Shown: piece after piece, positions 58,386-64,000 of the stretch
How positions within the stretch are numbered: the first letter of the stretch is position 1
Layout of the letters: each line of letters opens with the position of its first letter
The notes under the pieces: model-generated
Seen by the model: the letters and a program-made list of their open reading frames with translations, nothing else
Databases searched by the model: none
What the model was told of the DNA's origin: nothing
Position numbers and translations under genes: made by a program
Assembly: GCF_022539665.2 (NCBI RefSeq)
Contig: NC_081334.1
Location: 434,001 to 498,000, forward strand
From: Daphnia carinata
Lineage: Eukaryota
Length of the DNA stretch: 64,000 nucleotides
Direction of reading: 5' to 3'

Positions 58386-61328
58386 AATAGTTAACTTACC
58401 GTGAGAAGTAGCTGTGGTGTCCAGATCCTCCGAGCGTATCGTTTCTGACTGAGCTAAAGCCACCTGAGCTGGAACGGCTTCAGGGTGTGATGTGTGCACC
58501 TGGGACTCTACGATGATGAGAAGAACAAGTTATTTAATAAAACATACTTGAATTACATTTTTTTTTTAAAGTGTGTACCTGTGAAGGCTTCAACCGCTTC
58601 AAACGGACTTGAAGGTGGTGTCTTTGAAGTGGACATCCTCACTTTGGCATCTAGATTTTTATTGTTCGATTAACAGATGGAACAGACTCGATGGAATGCT
58701 TTTGAAAAAAAAAAAAAAAAAAATTCTACCGTTTTCTGTTTTCCGCTGTTCCAGCGATCGGCTGAGCAGTTCGGGCGAGAACGTGTTGCTATCCTCGATG
58801 TCGCCGCCGTGCAGCGCTGCTGCAAACTCCTTTTCCAAGACTTCGTCATCGCAACTGGTGGGTTCGTTAGCAGCGTCCCACGAGGAGGAAATCAAAACTT
58901 CCGGCTCGTCTTCGACGCGTTGATACGAGTGACGAGTTGTCGGTGCCGAGGTGGCAATGGCAGCTGGTGTTTCGACAACCTCCTCTTCTTCCTCTTCTTC
59001 TTCCTCCTCTTCTTGCTCATACGGTCGGCTTTGTTCCACCGCAATCGGTTCAACAGGCATCACCTCCTCGCAGCTGACTGGTTGTTTGGCTGCGTTCCAT
59101 GATGGCGCACGCAACGATTCCGGTTCGTCATCGATGCGTTCCTGTTGGCGGTGTGCTGGCGCAGTCGATGCGACCACCATCGGCTCCTCCACGATCTCCT
59201 CTTCCTCTTCTTCTTCTTCTTCTTCTTCTTCTTCTTCCTCGTTAGTGGGCAGCTGCTCAACAGGGATATCTTCCGCCGGTGGATCAAACATAGGTTTCGG
59301 ATGAGTATCGATGACGTAACGATCGATGACTCGTTCCTCCATAGTCGATTGGCGCGTACCCCACGAATCCACGTCCTGTTGCAAATCGCTAGATTCCAGG
59401 TCCTGCACTGGCTGAGGAATCTGTTGTTTAAAAAAGATATATACAATTATGCTAATCATCAAGATATTAACATTTATTTATTTTTTTTTTTTTGTGTCAT
59501 ATCCACTACGCCCTTCTTTACTTCGATGTCTTTTTCGGCTTCTCTCGAATCGCAGATGCCCTTCTCCTCGTGAATGATTATCCGCTGTGAGGGCGGTTCA
59601 GCGTCGTCGTAGACTTGTTTTTTCGGAATGTCTGTCTTGATCTCTGCAACGAATTTAGCATACGCAATTTTCAAAACAAGGTCGCGTTAAAACAAACTTC
59701 GGAATTTCACCTTGTGAGAAGACTTCCGACACTTCCTGCAAATTTAGCTCTTCCTCCTCCTCTCTCTTCTCGGGGATCTCGTCGATTGACTCAGAGTCCT
59801 AGACGAATGGCCAAATCAAAAAAAAAAATTTAGATGCAGAGCGAGTGAATAGACGATGATAACCAAAACGATGCAAGAACAAAGTTGTTTTTTTTTTGTT
59901 TTGTTTTTTTTTCGAATTTGAGTGATTAACGAAAGAGATTGGCAGAAGCTAAGGTTGATGATTTCCATAGGTAGATCAAACTGACCCATTTTTTTTTTTT
60001 TACGAAAAAGAACTAAATACGCAGATGAAACTTCTTGATTCATTTATGGTGATGGAAACAAGGCATAAAATTAAAAAAAAACAAAAACGGAGGTTGTATA
60101 ATTCATGCCGCGAACGGATGCACGTAATGGAATCGAGCAACGGATATCATTCACGACTTGAGAGCCTTACCTTCAAGTCTCTCATCCGCTGCGATAGGAC
60201 GGACGGCACGACAATAAAACCACAACGAGACATTGAATTTGTTTGCTTGCTTTTCTTATTATTGTCAAGTAGAAAGCATTTTGAAAAAAAAAAAAAAAAT
60301 AAATAATAATGAAGTTCTGACTGGACAGAAAATGTACGTGGACCGAGCCGGAAGTCAAAGAGGAGATGCGAAAGCACAGCATTCATTGACAGGTTTTGGG
60401 AGAGCGAGAGAGAGAGAGAAGGTTTCCATAGCACTCTCTTTTACCTTCATCAGATCCTGCTCGTCGAAGCTGACGTCGAGACTCGTGTTGCGCTGCAGGG
60501 TGTTCCTCGTGCTGTCGGCGCCCAGCTCGTCGCGCAAATTGTCGAAACCGGACTGGTCCAGTTGGGTTTTGGCCACAGCTTTCTCCAGGTCGTCCGTCAC
60601 CAGTTCCACATTGTAAATGCACCGGTTGACGATATCGTCGCGACCGATCTTTCTCAGCGCTTTTTCTAAGGCGTTGCCTTTTACATTATAATGTCACAAG
60701 AATTGCAGATTAGAAGCTGATCCAAATGTCAGGGGTAGGCGGGGGGGGGGGGGGGCAGAAAGAGAAAGGAGGCAATTTTACCGGTAACTTTGTTTTCCGA
60801 CTGGGCCATCCACAACTTGAGCATAACCATGGCTTGTTGCGTGGTATTGTCAGGATACTCGTTGTCGATCAGGTTCAAGTCCGAATCGGGAATTTCCAAA
60901 CATTTGGCCAAGGGGATCCAATCGCGGCCGAGGAGGTTGCAAATGTCAGACAAGCGCAAATCCGCCTGATAATCAAAGGACGGAACGTATTGATTGTACA
61001 GATACATCGTTGATCCCATTCTTAACTCTTTTGTCCTTCAACTTACTTTATGGATGGCTTCGGGCCTATTGGTGGCGTAGACAAGCCCCACGTCGTGCAA
61101 GAAGCCGTACTTCTTCTGCAGGGCGAGCAAGTCCGGCTCGGAACGGGCCGTTTCGGGCGTGACTGTGCTGGGCAAGACGATGTTCAGGTTGCATATCGGC
61201 GTCTGCGGTGGTTCACCCCTTCCGGCCTGTTTTCGTTTTGGAAATGAAAAAGGTCAATTATTTCGAAAAATCTGTGCAAAACTATGAAACAATCCGCTTC
61301 CGGATGGAAGCCTTATGTAAAGGGCGGA

Positions 61329-61362
<34 letters not shown>

Positions 61363-62416
61363 CGATGGGATACCCTTGCTTCCCGCATGAAGGCAATACG
61401 CCCAATGGGATCGGCGTGATTATCCTTGACTCGGACGGTGAAAGGCAGGCGGTTCTCGCGGAACGCGCGGAAGGTCAAGGCCAGCTGCTCGCCCGACTTG
61501 GTGATGGGCACCAAATTGCCGGCGAACTCTAGGTATTGCGACTTGGTCTCAAGTACTTCGACATCACGGCTCTTGGCCACTTCGACGAAATGCTCCTGCT
61601 GTTCCAGAGTCTTCTCCTCCTTGTCGTCCGTCATACAGAAGACCCTGAGACGGGCTTCTTGCGGTTCGTGTCGTTTAGCAAAAACAACAAATCTAACAGT
61701 TTGAATCGAAATAAATAAATCCATTTTGATTGAAAGAAATTCAATTTCAATCGTTTTTTACTTGGCCATGAAGGGAACGTTAATGGCCTCTCGGTAGAGG
61801 TCGGTAGCCATTTTGGCCGCTTCAGCCACGTTGCGACAGTCCATAAGCCAGAAGCGGGCAGAAACGGTGGTTGTGAAAGAAACGCAATCATTGACGAAGG
61901 TCAGCGGTGTCGAGCCGGTGACGTCTTCCCACTGGGCTCGCGAAGTTCCGCCTGCGTTCCAGGAAATGATCAATTCAAGAAGAAAAAAAAACAAAAAAAA
62001 AGAAAAAAACCATCATCAATCATTCAGACGACGACAGATTTTGTATGGGGCTTGAGGGAAAGAAACATTTCGAGCAATCCAACAAGATGATGAATGACGA
62101 CATCAAACGGGAAAACCAAAGTGGAGAGATTCGTAAAACTGAGTAGACACAAGCGGATGCTGGATACCAATGAACATAATGGAACCCAATGCCTCTGACT
62201 AAGCAGAAAGTACCCTATTTTTTTTTTTTTTTTTCTTTTTTTTTTAACACAACATCCGACACGAGAAAGTGGACGACACGAATAAATCAAGCCCGGAAAT
62301 AGTAAAAAGTAGATAAAATGACTAGCATAGTTCTTTTCTTTTTTTTTTTAATATAAATAAATGGTCGGGACTAAATCGTAATTTAAAAATAATAATAAGA
62401 ATAAAATGTAAATCTG

Positions 62417-62453
<37 letters not shown>

Positions 62454-63120
62454 GCTGACAGCCGAATTCGACATGGCGTCCATTCTAGCGAACGAACAGG
62501 AAACGGGAAGCCGACAAAATGCGAACGACAACAAAGCAAACTATCAGTAACTAAATTTCTAAAAAAAAAAAAAAAAAAAAAAAAAATTTAATAAATAAAA
62601 AAAAAAGGGGAAACACAGAAGTGCGACGTATGACGAACAAAAAAAAAAAGATGTGTCATAAAACAGAACATTGTGAACGACAAAAGAAGAGGAAAAGAAA
62701 AGAGCGTAAAAGAATAGTTAGATATGTTTGGTAGATACCTGTCGATACATCAGCGGCATTCCCTTTGTTTTATTTAATGAAACGCAAAAATTGGAAAAAA
62801 TAAATTGAAAAAAAAAAAAAGAAAAGAAAAAACGGAAACGAAAGAGAAAGAGAGAGAGAGATGAGTTTTAGACGGAGAAAGTGTCGGAATTCAGTTGGAA
62901 ATAGATAAAGCAGAAAACGGTGGAGAAACTCAGGAAATCAACAAAGACACGAAAAAAAAAAAAATAAAATAAAATAAAAATAAAATAAAAATCTTATGGA
63001 TAAAACCCTTTTTTGTTTTTTGTTTTTTGTTTTTGTTTTTGGCTCAAACTGATTACTACGGCGCATGTATGTCATCCAAACGAAACCGAGTATAGAGCGG
63101 AGGGTAGAGGGAAGACGTAC

Positions 63121-63165
<45 letters not shown>

Positions 63166-63395
63166 ACGGGATATTTTTGTGCGCGCTCACCTGTGATGCT
63201 GCAGAGGAGCCGCAACGTGGGCGTATCGCCGCTGTACTGGTTGATCATCCCGCGGGCAGCGGCTTGCGGTACGGGGATCGTCAAGGTAATAGGCCTGTGG
63301 AACTTTCTCCTGCGGGGCTCCACCGTCACGATGGGCGAGACGGCCACCCGGTTGCCCAGCAGTTTCACCACCAGTTCCGGTTGTATCGGTTGCGC
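45075..63395 (-). CDS. Ank2: Giant ankyrin (Ank2/UNC-44 type), 3' portion; the ankyrin repeats lie beyond the right edge of the window
   Basis: ZU5 exon 63395-63191 ([27 protein letters not shown]). UPA exons 61951-61762 ([24 protein letters not shown]), 61692-61374 and 61226-61047. Death-domain exons 60965-60782 and 60677-60445. Large acidic exons follow. The downstream exon structure is only partly resolved. Confidence 0.9.
45870..51389 (-). CDS. Giant (about 5.5 kb) acidic exon of the ankyrin gene
   Basis: An 1831-aa open frame bounded by TTTTAG| at 51390 and |GTAGAG at 45869. It carries [18 protein letters not shown] and repeated DSL motifs, as recalled for giant ankyrin tails. Confidence 0.85.
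52140..54100 (-). CDS. Large acidic (E/S/P-rich) exon, probably an alternative ankyrin exon
   Basis: 667-aa ORF with a candidate donor near 52140 and acceptor near 54101; boundaries are approximate. Confidence 0.65.
54985..55570 (-). CDS. Pro/Ser-rich exon or alternative start within the ankyrin locus
   Basis: 198-aa ORF with a non-low-complexity core [30 protein letters not shown] and a donor GTAAGA near 54984. Confidence 0.5.
56084..57673 (-). CDS. Acidic exon with repeated TDVE motifs within the ankyrin locus, possibly an alternative first exon
   Basis: 529-aa ORF whose ATG follows an A-rich context (AAAAAACAAATGG); seven [LVA][TS]D[VI]E copies. Confidence 0.6.
58730..59421 (-). CDS. Glu-rich ankyrin exon with an internal duplication
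   Basis: Two units of the form poly-E..(ST/TS)AP..Q.R(I/V)(D/E)DEPE.L...SW(N/D)AA..P.SC; acceptor near 59422 and donor near 58729. Confidence 0.7.
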
Positions 63396-64000
63396 CTGTT
63401 TTACATAAATTTCAGTGCCCGGGTGGAATTAAATTTACAAAAAGAAAAAAAAAAAAAAAAAGAAAAACCAACAGAAGCAACAAAAAAAAAAAAAAAAAAC
63501 GAAATGGGGTTACACACAAACACCCTGGTCCGGTATTTTTTTCTTTTTCTCTTAAATTTTGTTTTTGTTTTAGTTTTTTTTTTTTTTTTTTTTTTTTTTT
63601 GCTTTGTACTGCGTGTGATTGGGGATATTGTACGTGTGTGTATGTGTATGTCTTTCGTGAGTTGAAATGGAGATCATGGAGGGGAGGCATTTCTTTGTTC
63701 TAAAAAAAAAAAAACTATGACTATCGAAATTGCTTTTGATTAAGACTGGCGCTTCTATCCCGTCATGTCCCGACATTCCTACATTGCAATGGCTGCATCG
63801 TGAAAAAAACAAAAAACAAGATGTCGACAGAAAAAAACAAACAAAGAGAATCCTTATTAACAAACTGCACTCGTTGGGGCAGTCTGAAGCCAATTAAAGG
63901 AACAGAGAGGGGAGGGAGAAAAGGTGTGCGTCACGTGTCAAAAGCAACATGCAGCAGCCTCGAAGCCAATTCGAATGATACCCAAAAATATCCTTCAAAA

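Noticed and set aside
45902..59573. Many plus-strand ORFs opposite the ankyrin exons
   Set aside because: They are antisense shadows of acidic, GC-rich coding sequence.
62200..63720. Poly-Lys and poly-Phe ORFs
   Set aside because: They come from intronic A/T homopolymer runs.

Overview
This is eukaryotic (arthropod) DNA. The short AT-rich introns and the C1q and kinase-ankyrin gene styles suggest a Daphnia-like crustacean, but that is inference. Positions 1-6.9 kb hold a broken intron-containing SLU7 copy, a frameshifted C1q gene and the 3' end of a kinase-ankyrin gene. Positions 6874-40641 are one 33.8-kb nested transposon stack inserted in that kinase-ankyrin gene, and every insertion boundary is resolvable by a target-site duplication (TSD). 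The outer element A is a Mag-like Ty3/gypsy. A contains (i) an env-bearing Ty3/gypsy B, itself interrupted by Copia C, and (ii) Copia D. D's 5' LTR is interrupted by a long-TIR DNA element E, which carries intron-containing fragments of host AIF and GABA-transaminase genes plus a non-autonomous LTR element F with two dissimilar LTRs. Positions 45-64 kb are the 3' part of a giant ankyrin gene (ZU5-UPA-death domain plus very large acidic exons) on the minus strand. The most notable items are these. Element B looks like a complex endogenous retrovirus-like element: class III (rhabdovirus-G-like) env, an overprinted ORF, a -1 frameshift signal and an internal TATA-ORF-AATAAA cassette. Copia C needs a 62-nt spliceosomal intron removed to make Gag. 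E is a Pack-type gene-capturing transposon. All calls were made by eye from the sequence and the ORF track; no searches were run.
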